DNA from: Fonticula alba ATCC 38817
Taxonomy: Eukaryota; Protista; Nucleariida
NCBI GenBank assembly: GCA_000388065.2
Contig: KB932203.1
Length of the DNA: 55,486 nt
Reading direction: 5' to 3' (one strand)
Under the pieces are notes generated by a model. It saw nothing but the letters and a program-made list of their open reading frames with translations. It was not told where the DNA came from and did not search any database. Within the stretch, counting starts at the first letter, position 1, and every line of letters begins with the position of its first letter. The position numbers were made by a program, and so were the translations under genes. Shown in pieces: positions 1-14,188 of the stretch.

Positions 1-187
1 ACAGGGGAGGGCAAGCGCACAGAGCAAGAGTAAGCAGGAGGGAGCAAGGGCGAGAGAGAGAGAGAGAGAGAAATAATACCCGAGCCCAAATTTACTGCGC
101 TGTTTTGCGTCTAGGAGGTGGGGGCTGGTCGTGCGTGCGTGCGTTCCCACGCGCGTTTCCCCCAATGTCCTTGTTCGATTTTCCCGG
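1..187 (+). repeat. Direct repeat, copy 1 (copy 2 at 4880-5066)
   Basis: 1-70 matches 4880-4949 with one mismatch, and 113-187 is identical to 4992-5066. Both blocks share offset 4879 and are separated by ~42 unrelated nt. The repeat may extend beyond the window start. Confidence 0.9.
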
Positions 188-655
188 CCTGGACCCCGTG
201 CTGAGCTCCCCATCACAAGCGGGGACAGCCACGCCCGCGCCCACGGTCCGCACGCCGGCCCCCCCCTCGCCGACGGCCAGCGCCAGCCCAACAGCCACGA
301 CCACCGCCCCGCCGCCGACGGCCACCCCCACGGCCACGGCCGCCCAGCAACAGCAGCAGCAGCAGCCCGCGCGCGACCCCGCACCGGATCCCACTCGGCC
401 ACGGCCCACCATGCCGGCCGGCGACGCCCAGCCGGCCAAGCGCGAGCACCCCCGCGGATATCCCTTCACCTCAACACATGCCACCTCCTTTGTGGACTTC
501 AATGTGCCCGGCTCGACGACTGGTGCGTGGGATCTACCCGACTCGTGGGTCTGGCTTCTTGCGGGGCGTTCGCGTGGCGGGATCGCTGGGCCACACCGCC
601 CGATTCGCACCGTCGCACACGTACTACCCTCTGTGACATACTGACACCACTCTCC

Positions 656-704
<49 letters not shown>

Positions 705-2655
705 CCCCCGCCTTGTGGGGGGGGGCCCCCCCCCCCCCCCCCCCCCCGAGCGTATCCCCCATGTGCCCGTCCACTGACATGTGTGCCTGCACGGCCGTCG
801 CACAGCCCGCCCATCGAGCGCCTGATCCTCCAGAAGTCCTCCCCACCGATGACCCCCCATGAGGCCACCTTCTACGAGATCTCCACCGCCATGAACGAGG
901 AGTATGGCCCATTGGTCCGCTTCCCCGAGGCGCCGCTGTGGCAGACGGACCTCCAGCCGCTGAAGCCCAACCAGCGGAATCGCCGCCCCTCCGGCTCGGC
1001 ACACACCCTCGGCGAGCTTTACGACACGTCGCTCCCCGGGGCCGGGCCCTTTGCCCCGATCTGCTTCGAGTCCCTCACGACCAGCAGTGTCACGGCCAAG
1101 ATCGCCGCTTCGGTGGAGGACGGCGATGCCCTGCGCCGATCCGGCCAGCGGCGCTTCAACTTCCCGGTCACCCAGGACGGCGCCTCCGGCGGCGGCTGCC
1201 CCCCAGCCCAGACCAACATTCTGTATCGCATGTCGACCAAGGCCGCCCGGTGCGTCTACCACCTCATGTGCCGTGCCAGGGGATGGCCCTGGTGCTGTCT
1301 CGCTGCTCGTCCCCCCCCCCCCCCNNNNNNNNNNNNNNNNNNNNNNNNNNNNNNNNNNNNNNNNNNNNNNNNNNNNNNNNNNNNNNNNNNNNNNNNNNNN
1401 NNNNNNNNNNNNNNNNNNNNNNNNNNNNNNNNNNNNNNNNNNNNNNNNNNNNNNNNNNNNNNNNNNNNNNNNNNNNNNNNNNNNNNNNNNNNNNNNNNNN
1501 NNNNNNNNNNNNNNNNNNNNNNNNNNNNNNNNNNNNNNNNNNNNNNNNNNNNNNNNNNNNNNNNNNNNNNNNNNNNNNNNNNNNNNNNNNNNNNNNNNNN
1601 NNNNNNNNNNNNNNNNNNNNNNNNNNNNNNNNNNNNNNNNNNNNNNNNNNNNNNNNNNNNNNNNNNNNNNNNNNNNNNNNNNNNNNNNNNNNNNNNNNNN
1701 NNNNNNNNNNNNNNNNNNNTGTATGTATGTATGTATGTATGCATGTGTGTGCCTGCGCACACATGGTGTGAAACGCACGCGCACACGCGCACATGTATAT
1801 CCCGCCGCCGCGATGTCCCCCTCGGGGCCATATTCCTCCACCATCTGCGCCTCCTAGCCCACATCTTCGATCGGGACCCGAAGAAAATGCGCGTCTGCGC
1901 CTTCCAGAACATCTGCCTCAACAGCACACACGCCTTCTTCCTGCTGGAGCCCAACCCCGCGGACAAGGTCGCCCTGCCGGCCGATGTGGACCGGGTGAGC
2001 CCCTCGTCGGCCGGCCTGGCCGAGCTCAAGAAGGACCTGGCCCTATGCTCCAGCGGCGTGCCCAGCCGCGACCTGCCGCTCATTTGCCAGTGCTTCACCC
2101 GCATGACCAAGCCGGTGATCGTGTCCGAGGCCGACATGAAGGCTCTCCGTGCGTGGGCCTCCTCCTTCCCTGAAGACTCTTCCTCTTCCCTGCTGCGCGC
2201 TCGCTCCCTTTTAGGCGTCCACGCCCTGCCCCGTCCGCGCCACTGGGGGCTCTTACTCACCGCCGGCTGTCTCTACTTCTCTCGGCATTCGGGTGTGTGT
2301 GTGTGTGTGTGTGGTCTCCCCCCCCCCCACTCTGCCGCCCTCTCGCCAACACCTTTCTTTCCCCCTGTCGCTCGCACCCGGGTGCGCGCCTGCCCATCAC
2401 CACTTCAGGCCCTACGGTGCGCGGCCACCACTGGCTCATCGACAAGTTTGTGTCTGGCAACCAAATCGGCCACTGGGCCGAGTCACTCGGGTTCTTCCAC
2501 TCGATTGTCATGAACAAGGAGCACTTTGGTTTGTACGTCCCAGTCATGTTGTCCCATGCGCACGCAATCCCCAGACCCCCCCCCCCATCCCCCCTTCCCC
2601 TTGCTCGGTCTCTCTCTCGCCCCTCTCGGAGCATGCGCCGACTGTTGTGTGGGGC

Positions 2656-2730
<75 letters not shown>

Positions 2731-4324
2731 ACCCCCCCCCCCCCCCCACCCCCCCCCCCCCCCCCCCCCCCCCNNNNNNNNNNNNNNNNNNNNNNNNNNN
2801 NNNNNNNNNNNNNNNNNNNNNNNNNNNNNNNNNNNNNNNNNNNNNNNNNNNNNNNNNNNNNNNNNNNNNNNNNNNNNNNNNNNNNNNNNNNNNNNNNNNN
2901 NNNNNNNNNNNNNNNNNNNNNNNNNNNNNNNNNNNNNNNNNNNNNNNNNNNNNNNNNNNNNNNNNNNNNNNNNNNNNNNNNNNNNNNNNNNNNNNNNNNN
3001 NNNNNNNNNNNNNNNNNNNNNNNNNNNNNNNNNNNNNNNNNNNNNNNNNNNNNNNNNNNNNNNNNNNNNNNNNNNNNNNNNNNNNNNNNNNNNNNNNNNN
3101 NNNNNNNNNNNNNNNNNNNNNNNNNNNNNNNNNNNNNNNNNNNNNNNNNNNNNNNNNNNNNNNNNNNNNNNNNNNNNNNNNNNNNNNNNNNNNNNNNNNN
3201 NNNNNNNNNNNNNNNNNNNNNNNNNNNNNNNNNNNNNNNNNNNNNNNNNNNNNNNNNNNNNNNNNNNNNNNNNNNNNNNNNNNNNNNNNNNNNNNNNNNN
3301 NNNNNNNNNNNNNNNNNNNNNNNNNNNNNNNNNNNNNNNNNNNNNNNNNNNNNNNNNNNNNNNNNNNNNNNNNNNNNNNNNNNNNNNNNNNNNNNNNNNN
3401 NNNNNNNNNNNNNNNNNNNNNNNNNNNNNNNNNNNNNNNNNNNNNNNNNNNNNNNNNNNNNNNNNNNNNNNNNNNNNNNNNNNNNNNNNNNNNNNNNNNN
3501 NNNNNNNNNNNNNNNNNNNNNNNNNNNNNNNNNNNNNNNNNNNNNNNNNNNNNNNNNNNNNNNNNNNNNNNNNNNNNNNNNNNNNNNNNNNNNNNNNNNN
3601 NNNNNNNNNNNNNNNNNNNNNNNNNNNNNNNNNNNNNNNNNNNNNNNNNNNNNNNNNNNNNNNNNNNNCCCCTCGGGTGGCATTCTTTTTCAGCCGCGTC
3701 ATGAACGAGGAGGTCATCGAGCGCCTGCTGCGCAAATACGGCGTGCGCAACATCGCCCGGGTCACCACCACCAAGGACACCCCGACCAAGGAGCAGGCGT
3801 CGCTCTTCTACAACTCGGGCCTCATCCTCTCGCCTCACTCCTCGCAGCTGGTGAACTTGGTCTTCACCCCGGCCAATGCCTCCATCATTGAGATGGCCCC
3901 GGCCTACTTCAACAGCGACTTCTCGCAAATCGCCGAGGTCCTGACGCAGAACTACCACTTTGTCATCGGCGGCTATGCCACCGGCGACCCTGTGTCCCTG
4001 ACCACCGAGGAGAAGGCCCACCTGGCCATGTGCAACGCCCGGTATGCCTACTGCAATGGGCGTCTGGACAAGTGCTCGGTCCGGGCCTCCTTCGAAAACA
4101 TCAAGGACCACCAGCCCAAGGGCAACTGCAGCTCCGGCAGCCCGGCCTACGCCAAGTACTCGAAGGCCGTCAAGTCCCGGGACTTCTATGTCGACGAGGC
4201 TGGCCTGGAGCGTGCCATCAAGTCCGCCCTGTACCGCCTGCACCAGGCCTGCGGCGGTAGCTGGCCAGGGGCCGACCCGGCTGCCCTCAACGAGCCGGCG
4301 CTGTCGTGGCTCCTGCCAGCATGA
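165..4324 (+). CDS. Glycosyltransferase family 61 (DUF563)-like protein, multi-exon; 5' end uncertain; two gaps may hide exons
   Basis: Pro/Thr/Gln-rich stem, then exons at ~806-1249, ~1857-2148 (RVCAFQNICLNS), ~2409-2529 (NQIGHWAESL) and ~3694-4324. The last exon has RVMNEEVI...TKEQASLFYNSGLILSPHSSQLVNLVFTPANASIIEMAP, matching the GT61 C-terminal pattern Q...F.....l.g.HGagl.Nl.F......viE. GT-AG sites flank each exon. No N-terminal TM segment is seen, so the true start may lie upstream. Confidence 0.7.
2774..3668. other. Largest assembly gap (895 N); other gaps at 1325-1719, 5403-5607, 8663-8857, 11041-11095, 35928-35989, 42880-43181, 45937-45991
   Basis: N runs. Most abut poly-C/poly-G tracts or microsatellites. 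Confidence 0.99.
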
Positions 4325-4452
4325 AGGAGAAGGAGAAGATGATGATGCGCGTTCGCGCGCGCGCACAAGGCACTCCACTTGTGCGGGGCATCATCTGCCT
4401 GCGCCATGGCATGCGGGACCATATACCTTGGACATGTGGTTCTTTCTCCATC

Positions 4453-4485
<33 letters not shown>

Positions 4486-4879
4486 GCCTTGCTCTTTCTC
4501 CTACTTTCTTTCTTTGTCCCTCTCCCCCTCCCTCCCCCCTCTCTCCCTCTCCCCGTCTCCCTGCCTCTCTCTCTCTCTCTCTTTCTCTCCGTTCTGTCTT
4601 TCGCTCTCTCCCCCTCTCTCTCTCTCCGCCTCTCGTCTGCGCTCTTTGCTTCTGCCCCAGGCCCCCCTCCCTCGACAAACCCTCTCCCTCGCACACACAC
4701 ACACACATCCGTCCATGTGCTATGGATGTCCCAGCCCGTGGTGTCGAAGTGCATCTCATGCGTCAGCTAGAGGACACTAGATGGACATGCGCCCGGGTAG
4801 AGCCCGGAAAGGGCCCGAAGAAAGAGCGAGGCGAGTCGATGGGCGCTGTGACCCCAGGGAAAGAGCAGATAAAAGCTCG

Positions 4880-5066
4880 ACAGGGGAGGGCAAGCGCACA
4901 GAGCAAGAGTAAGCAAGAGGGAGCAAGGGCGAGAGAGAGAGAGAGAGAGAGCCGAGCAGAAAGCAGGAACGAGACAGCGAAGCGAGGTGGAAGGAGGTGG
5001 GGGCTGGTCGTGCGTGCGTGCGTTCCCACGCGCGTTTCCCCCAATGTCCTTGTTCGATTTTCCCGG
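4880..5066 (+). repeat. Direct repeat, copy 2 (copy 1 at 1-187)
   Basis: See copy 1. It contains the same ATGTCCTTGTTCGATTTTCCCGG but is not followed by coding-like sequence. Confidence 0.9.
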
Positions 5067-5741
5067 TGCCCCCCTCCTCCCTCCTCCCCTCTGGCACGTT
5101 GCCATTTCTCGTCGATATATTGTGAATGCTACGCGGCCATAGAAGTCTGCCTGCCTCTCCCCCCGCCCCCCCCCCCCTCTCTCTCTCCCTCCTCTCACGC
5201 CGCCCACTTCTGTGGTGGTGCGTCTGGCCCGCGCCACATCCGATCAATAAAATACACCCCATACGTGTGTGTGTGTGTGCATGTGGAAATCTTGCCTATC
5301 AGTGGTACACATTTCACAGGGGCAGCCCCTCGTCGGCGGCACTGGTTTTTGTCTTCTTCGTCGTCTTCTTCTTCTTCTCTCTCTCTCTCTCTCTATCTGC
5401 CCNNNNNNNNNNNNNNNNNNNNNNNNNNNNNNNNNNNNNNNNNNNNNNNNNNNNNNNNNNNNNNNNNNNNNNNNNNNNNNNNNNNNNNNNNNNNNNNNNN
5501 NNNNNNNNNNNNNNNNNNNNNNNNNNNNNNNNNNNNNNNNNNNNNNNNNNNNNNNNNNNNNNNNNNNNNNNNNNNNNNNNNNNNNNNNNNNNNNNNNNNN
5601 NNNNNNNCCCCCCCCCCCCGGGAGACACCCGTAAAAAAGGGAAGAGGAACAAGGAAAATTAACCCCCCAAGAGGGGGGAACTCCGTGACTGCGTGCATGT
5701 ACCAGACCCCGGGAAAAGAGACAAATACAGCCGCATGCAAG

Positions 5742-5778
<37 letters not shown>

Positions 5779-6122
5779 GGAGGAGAGAAACGCGCAGGCC
5801 ATGCGCGTGATGACATTTATTTTCCAACCACATCCTCCGATACAACGGAAATAGACCCGCGCAGCCCCGCGAAGCCACACACTCCTCGGTTTCGCCCTCA
5901 CAGGTGGGGAACAGGGAGGGTGGGAGCGAGGGACGCGCATCGGCCGAAGGAAGACACAGCAGAAAGGGGGGCCAGGCCCGGGGCAGAAGGGGAGATGGAG
6001 CGGGCCCGAGGGCCACCAAGCCCCGCCAGCAAAGCCCCCGTGCCATTTATTCCCGCGGGGGGGCCCCCCTTTGGGGGGGGGGGGGGGGGGGCCCTCGCCC
6101 ACCACACAGCGCACAGCACCAC

Positions 6123-7765
6123 TTAGGCATACATGGGGCCGTTGTCCAGCAGGTCGCGGGCCATGGCCAGGACCGCGGCGTAGGACTCCTCACCGGTGGG
6201 GAGAATCTGCTCAGGCGGCAGGAGGAACCCATAGCGACCGGTGTCCCGGAGCTCGATGGTGTAGCCGGCCGACCGGAAGCCGCCATTGTAGCGAGTGGCC
6301 TCGGAGCCATAGAACCAATCGCTGGCGGTGCCGGTGGTCGGGTACAGCTCGATGGACTTCTGGTTGGTGTAGGACATGCCGTGGGTGTTGCGGATGGCGG
6401 CCTGCATGGCGGCACCGATCTGCTTCAGGCGGGCCTCATGCGGCGAGTCGGAGGTGCTCCAGCCATACGGACGGAGGATCAGCTGGCTGTAGGCATGCCA
6501 GTCAATGGCCAGGTGCACCGGGCTGGCCGACCGGAAGAAGGCAATCGAAGCCCGGGTCTCCAGCTCGGAATTGGCCGCCGTGCCCATGTAGGTGTCGGAG
6601 CAGGGCAGGTTCGAAGAGCCGCCCTGGCCCCAGTGGTCATTGTAGTTGCGGTTGACATCCACACCGCGGCAGGTGGACCCGGCGTTGGGGACGCGGTTCT
6701 TGCGCCACATCCGGTCCCCGGACCAGGTGTGCGCATAGCCATCCGGGTTGGTGATGGGGATGACATAGAGGTTGTACCGGTCGAAGAGCTCCACCACGGC
6801 CGGCACCCGGCGGCTGTGCGAGTCCAGCAGGGTCGACAGGACATACTGGCACACGGCGTTGCTGATCCACTCACGCGCGTGGATCGAGCACTGGAAGAAG
6901 ATGGACGGCTTGGCGGCGGCCAGGTCCTCGGAGGCGGCCCGCTCGGCGAACACCTCCTCCAGGGGGATGCCATGCTCGTCCAGCAGCTCCGGCTGGTCAT
7001 AGATGGCGCTGGCCGTGGAGTTGGACCCGCCGAGCACCAGGCCGAAGATGCTGCGCGACTCGTGGGTCTTGCCGATGCTCGGCAGGAAGGTGGCCATGTC
7101 CGGGTACGACTGGGCCAGGTTCTGGTAGAAGGTGCGGGTCGAGTCGAAGTCGTGGTAGGCGTCGAACCAGCCGGCCGGCACGGGGCCGGCGGCGGCGGCA
7201 TCCTCGCCGTCACCGCGCTGGGCCGCCGAGCGCACGGCCGCCGCGGTTTGCACCCGCTCGGCCGAGGCGACCAGCCGCTCGACGTCGTGCACGATCACGC
7301 GGCACTCGGTGTTGTCGACCACCATGTGGCGCACGGCCCGCGAGGCGGCCGTCTGCTCGGTGATGCGCAGGTCCACATGCTCGCCGGTGGCACCCCAGAT
7401 GTCCACGCCGTGGCGGGTGATCAGCGCCTCAAGCGCGGCGGGCGCGAGGGCGGAGCTGGAGCTGCGTGCAGGCGTGTGCGTGTACGGACGGGTCAGGAGC
7501 CGGGAGGGGGGAAAGGGGGGGGACTGAGAGAGAGAGAGAGGGAGAAGGAAACAGGGAAGGCAAGGGAAGCTAGGGGGGAAAGGCGAGGAAGAGGGAGGGA
7601 AAATGAAGGGGGGGGGGGGGGCGGCGCGCACCAGCGGATGATCTGCTCGTTGTCATAGCGCACCGAGCGCTCGGGGATCGAGGCGCCGGGGACGAGGAGC
7701 TGCTCGGCGCTGGCGAGCGCGAACAGGAGGGACAGGAGAAGTCCCACAGAGAAGCGACCAATCAT
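6123..7765 (-). CDS. Secreted zinc metallocarboxypeptidase, M14A (carboxypeptidase A/B-like) preproenzyme; join(7765..7632, 7461..6123)
   Basis: Signal peptide MIGRFSVGLLLSLLFALASA and an activation-peptide-like region (VDIWG...VDLRI). Catalytic motifs HARE (HxxE), WRKNR, DVNRN, DWHAYSQ, LYP and TIELR are all present. One phase-2 GT-AG intron keeps the frame. Confidence 0.95.
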
Positions 7766-9227
7766 GGCAGCCAGGGGGGGGGGGAGGAAGCCGGGTGAAT
7801 CTCAGGGCGAGAGAGCACGGCAAGCAACCAAAGGAAGGAGGGGGGGGAGAGAAGGAGGCTGCCGTCGGGTGGGCACCATGACTGCCACACCGGGAGCTTA
7901 AAAAATGGCGACCCCTGTCCTCCTTCCTCCGGCGCAGCGTCCGGGAAGGAGGGGGGGGGCGGCTCCTGGCGGGCGCTGCCTATTGCCAGGGCCGAGGACA
8001 CTGGGGCGCGCCCTTGGGCTGGGCCCGCCCCGGGGGCCGGCCACGGCGTTCTCCCCCCCCCCCCCCCCCCCCCTCTCTCGCCCCCAAACAACATGCGAGT
8101 GTGGCCGGGCGAGGGCCAGCTTCCCGCCGGGAGCCCCCCGCCGCTCTTTCCTGTTCGAGCTCCCTGCCCCCTCTCGGCCCGAGAAGGAACCCGGACGGAC
8201 ATGGAGCGCCATGGGGCCTCGGCGCGCTCACCGGCGCGCCCCGGTGTTCCCGCAACCAGACCATGGGCCGGGCTGCCGCGGATGACGATGCGTTCTCCCC
8301 CAGCCTTCGTGACCTGCCCGGGGGCAGTCTCGTGGGCGAGACCCGGCCCAGCCCGCCACGGGGAAGCAAGTCCCCCCCCCCCGCCCCCCCGGAGGGGCAC
8401 TATTAATTCTTCCCACCCCGTTGGGGAGTGCGCCCGGATGCCCCCCCCGAGGGCCGGCTCGCGCTCGGTGTATTCCCTCCTGCCTCTCGGCAGAATGGCC
8501 CCGGTGGAGCACGGCCACAGGGGACACCTTTTCGAACGGGCCCCCCGGGGAAAAAGGGGGGGAGGGTGTCGGCGTCTCGTCCGGTCGCGCAGCCACGGAC
8601 GAATACCTCCTCCCGCGGGTTCACGTAAACACTCCCCCCCCCCCCGCCCCTCCTGGTGGCTCNNNNNNNNNNNNNNNNNNNNNNNNNNNNNNNNNNNNNN
8701 NNNNNNNNNNNNNNNNNNNNNNNNNNNNNNNNNNNNNNNNNNNNNNNNNNNNNNNNNNNNNNNNNNNNNNNNNNNNNNNNNNNNNNNNNNNNNNNNNNNN
8801 NNNNNNNNNNNNNNNNNNNNNNNNNNNNNNNNNNNNNNNNNNNNNNNNNNNNNNNNNAGGCTGCGCGCGAAATAACAACAGCGGACCGCGTACCAAGGGG
8901 GGGTTGGGGCGGAAGCTCCCCCGGCAAACACAGAGGAGCGCCGCATCGCGCGGTGTGATCCTTGCCTTCTCGTGTACTCTAGGATGCACACGTGATAGAC
9001 ACACTACCGCCGTTAGCCCTGGCCGTGGGTCGGCACCTGCGAGGTTTAAAGCGCCGCCGGCAGGGAGGGCGCAGGAGCCTCCCGCCGGACGCGTCACCAC
9101 CAGTCTCCCCCTCCCCTCTCGCCCCCCCCCCCCCCTGTGGCTGTCTTTTTTTCTCGCCCTTCGCTCATTCCTATCCCGCGCGCTCTCTCTTCTCCGCCTC
9201 CCCCCTCCCCCCCTCCTGTCTTTCTCC

Positions 9228-9237
9228 TCCCGCCAAA
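9228..9237 (-). promoter_or_regulatory. Possible E2F-type site (TTTGGCGGGA) 16 nt upstream of the DDX41 start
   Basis: Exact match to the canonical E2F consensus. A single short motif in GC-rich DNA is weak evidence. Confidence 0.25.
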
Positions 9238-9253
9238 TATCCCCCTCCCCGTG

Positions 9254-12029
<2,776 letters not shown>

Positions 12030-12289
12030 GGCCCTGCGTCGAGCCCGGGCCGGGACCGGTCAGGCCTGGGGTGTGGCTACTGCTTTGTCCTTCTCGCTCC
12101 CCGGCCCCTGTCTTCTCCTCCCCCAATGGACAGTCCCACCTTGATCCTTGGTCGCGTCTGCAGCTGCACGTCCACCTGTGTGTGCATTGTCTCCACTGTT
12201 GGCACTATATGCGTGTGTGTGCGTGTGTGTGTGTAAAGGGGGTATGTATGCACGTCTATTTGGAGGGAAGTAGAGGTTCAATTGGAAGA

Positions 12290-13082
12290 TCAGCACGAGC
12301 CGTCAGCCGGCCCGTCCCTCCAGCGCTCCAGCACGCGGGCACAGTCAAACACGGGCTTTCCAAGGCGAACATTAACGTCATTGTGCTACCGGCGGCGGTG
12401 TGTGTGTGTGTGTGTGTGTGTGTGCCGGAAAGGGGAAGGCGGAGGAGGAGTCAGTAACAGGGGGAAGAGAGGACGACGCAGCCCGGCGGGGAGGGCGCAC
12501 CATTTCGCAGAACCACTGGGAGATGGAGGTCCGGGAGGAGGTGTCCGGCGGATGGGCAGCCGCATACTCGGTCAAGTGCGACGCACAGTCGCCGCAGGGG
12601 AAGAGTCGCCCGAGGATGGACACAAGGTTGGTCATGTCCGCCCGGTGCTGCGGCCTGCGCGCGACAGAGCCCACCATGGCCGGGGATGATCAGGCGGTTT
12701 GAGGGGCGTCAAAAAAGGGGCCGGTGGCAGGAGAAAGGGGGGGGGGGGGGGCGAAGCATAGGGCGCGCGCGCGAGGGATCACGCACGAGGGATCCTTGGG
12801 ATAGTAGGCTGCAGCCGTGTGCAGGAAGGTCCACGTCCCGCGGCCAATCTCCAGCAGGTCGGGCGGGCACTCGAGGGGCACCGGGGCAGCCTCGCCAGCA
12901 GGGGTGGCGCCGGGGCTCGCGGCGCTGGCCGACGTGGCCGGTGGCGATGGGGGCGGCGTGGCCGGCCGGGCACCGGCAGCAGCGCCGCTGCCACTGCCAC
13001 TGCCGCCGGCCCCAGCGGTCTTCATGAAATCGGTCATGCTGTTGCATGCCCGGCAGGGCTTGCCATCCGCGTCAAGGATCAT
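12290..13082 (-). CDS. ERV1: Mitochondrial FAD-linked sulfhydryl oxidase Erv1/ALR; join(13082..12787, 12654..12501, 12385..12290), 181 aa
   Basis: N-terminal DGKPCRAC shuttle motif, [17 protein letters not shown], redox [24 protein letters not shown] (CX16C) and C-terminal ERWRDG. The two introns splice in frame. Confidence 0.95.
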
Positions 13083-14009
13083 GGTTCGATTGTTGTGGAG
13101 ACAATCGGAGAGCGAGGCGAGGGAGAGAACAGAGAAGAGGGGGGGGGGGGGGCACCGGAAAATGGGCATGCACGTGCTAACCGGCGTAGATGGGTTTGAG
13201 CCTGGGCCGAAAAATAGCCCCAGCAATCTGCCCCCCTCCAGTCCTGACCGAAGGCCCCCCCCCCCCGCACCCTGTCTTGGACGCCCGCCAACTCAACCAC
13301 CAGCGTGGGCTGGTGGGGCACTGCCCGGGGCGAGGGGGGGGGGGGGGCGGTCCGGGCTTTGTGTCTCCGTGCGCCCGCCGCTGGCTCTCCGCGCCCGTGC
13401 AGCCGGGCGCTCGTCAGGCCTGGCCGCCCGAGCCGACGATCGGGCGGGGGGCGAGAAAATTCGAGAACCGCGGGAGTCACGCCCGCAGATCACAAGGCCA
13501 CTTCTGGTATAGGAGATCATCGCGCGAGCGCGACAGACGGCCATACAGCCTGCGTTGGGATGCCCCCGTAAGCGCGGGAAGTCCCGGTCTACTTGCGCTT
13601 GCGTTGGCACTCGGCGCTGTCTAACCGTATTTCTCTCGACCTCCTCCCCTTGCGGTGCTGCCCTCACACCGGGGCCTGGGCAGAGGGGGGGCGGGGGACA
13701 CGCGAGGGGCGGCAGCATAGGGCAGGGCTCTCCCCTTCGCCTGGCGCTTTGCCATCCGCCGCAAAGGCAGCAGGCCTGAAGTGCGGCCGGGGTGCGACCG
13801 CTCCCGGGAGACCGGGGGCGCGTCAGCACACTCCTTCGAATCTCCCGATCCTTCCCCCCCCCCCCGCCACCTCTCTCCTGCTGTGCCTTTCCCCACCGTC
13901 TTCTGGATCGTCGAAGGAGCCTCCGGCCCGTGTGTTTGTCTGTCCGTGTTTGTGCATGATCACCGCTCGACACGCACGTAAACGTACCCACACGCACACA
14001 TAGAGTATA

Positions 14010-14040
<31 letters not shown>

Positions 14041-14188
14041 GCACACATACGTGACGCCGCTCCGTGCCCGACCGCCACTTGCCTGAGCATAGGCCCCTGC
14101 CGCCTGCACTTTCGACCGACCGACCCCGCGCCCGGCCGCCCGATCGCCCGCCCCCGCTGCCGCTCGGGCCTCGCGCCTGGCTCCGGCC

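Noticed and set aside
624-4378. Long ORFs spanning X runs
   Set aside because: They are open only because N gaps and poly-C tracts contain no stop codons.
5044-5400. Second glycosyltransferase paralogue starting at the duplicated ATG 5044
   Set aside because: Identity ends at 5066, and the following sequence is low-complexity with no GT-like coding signal.
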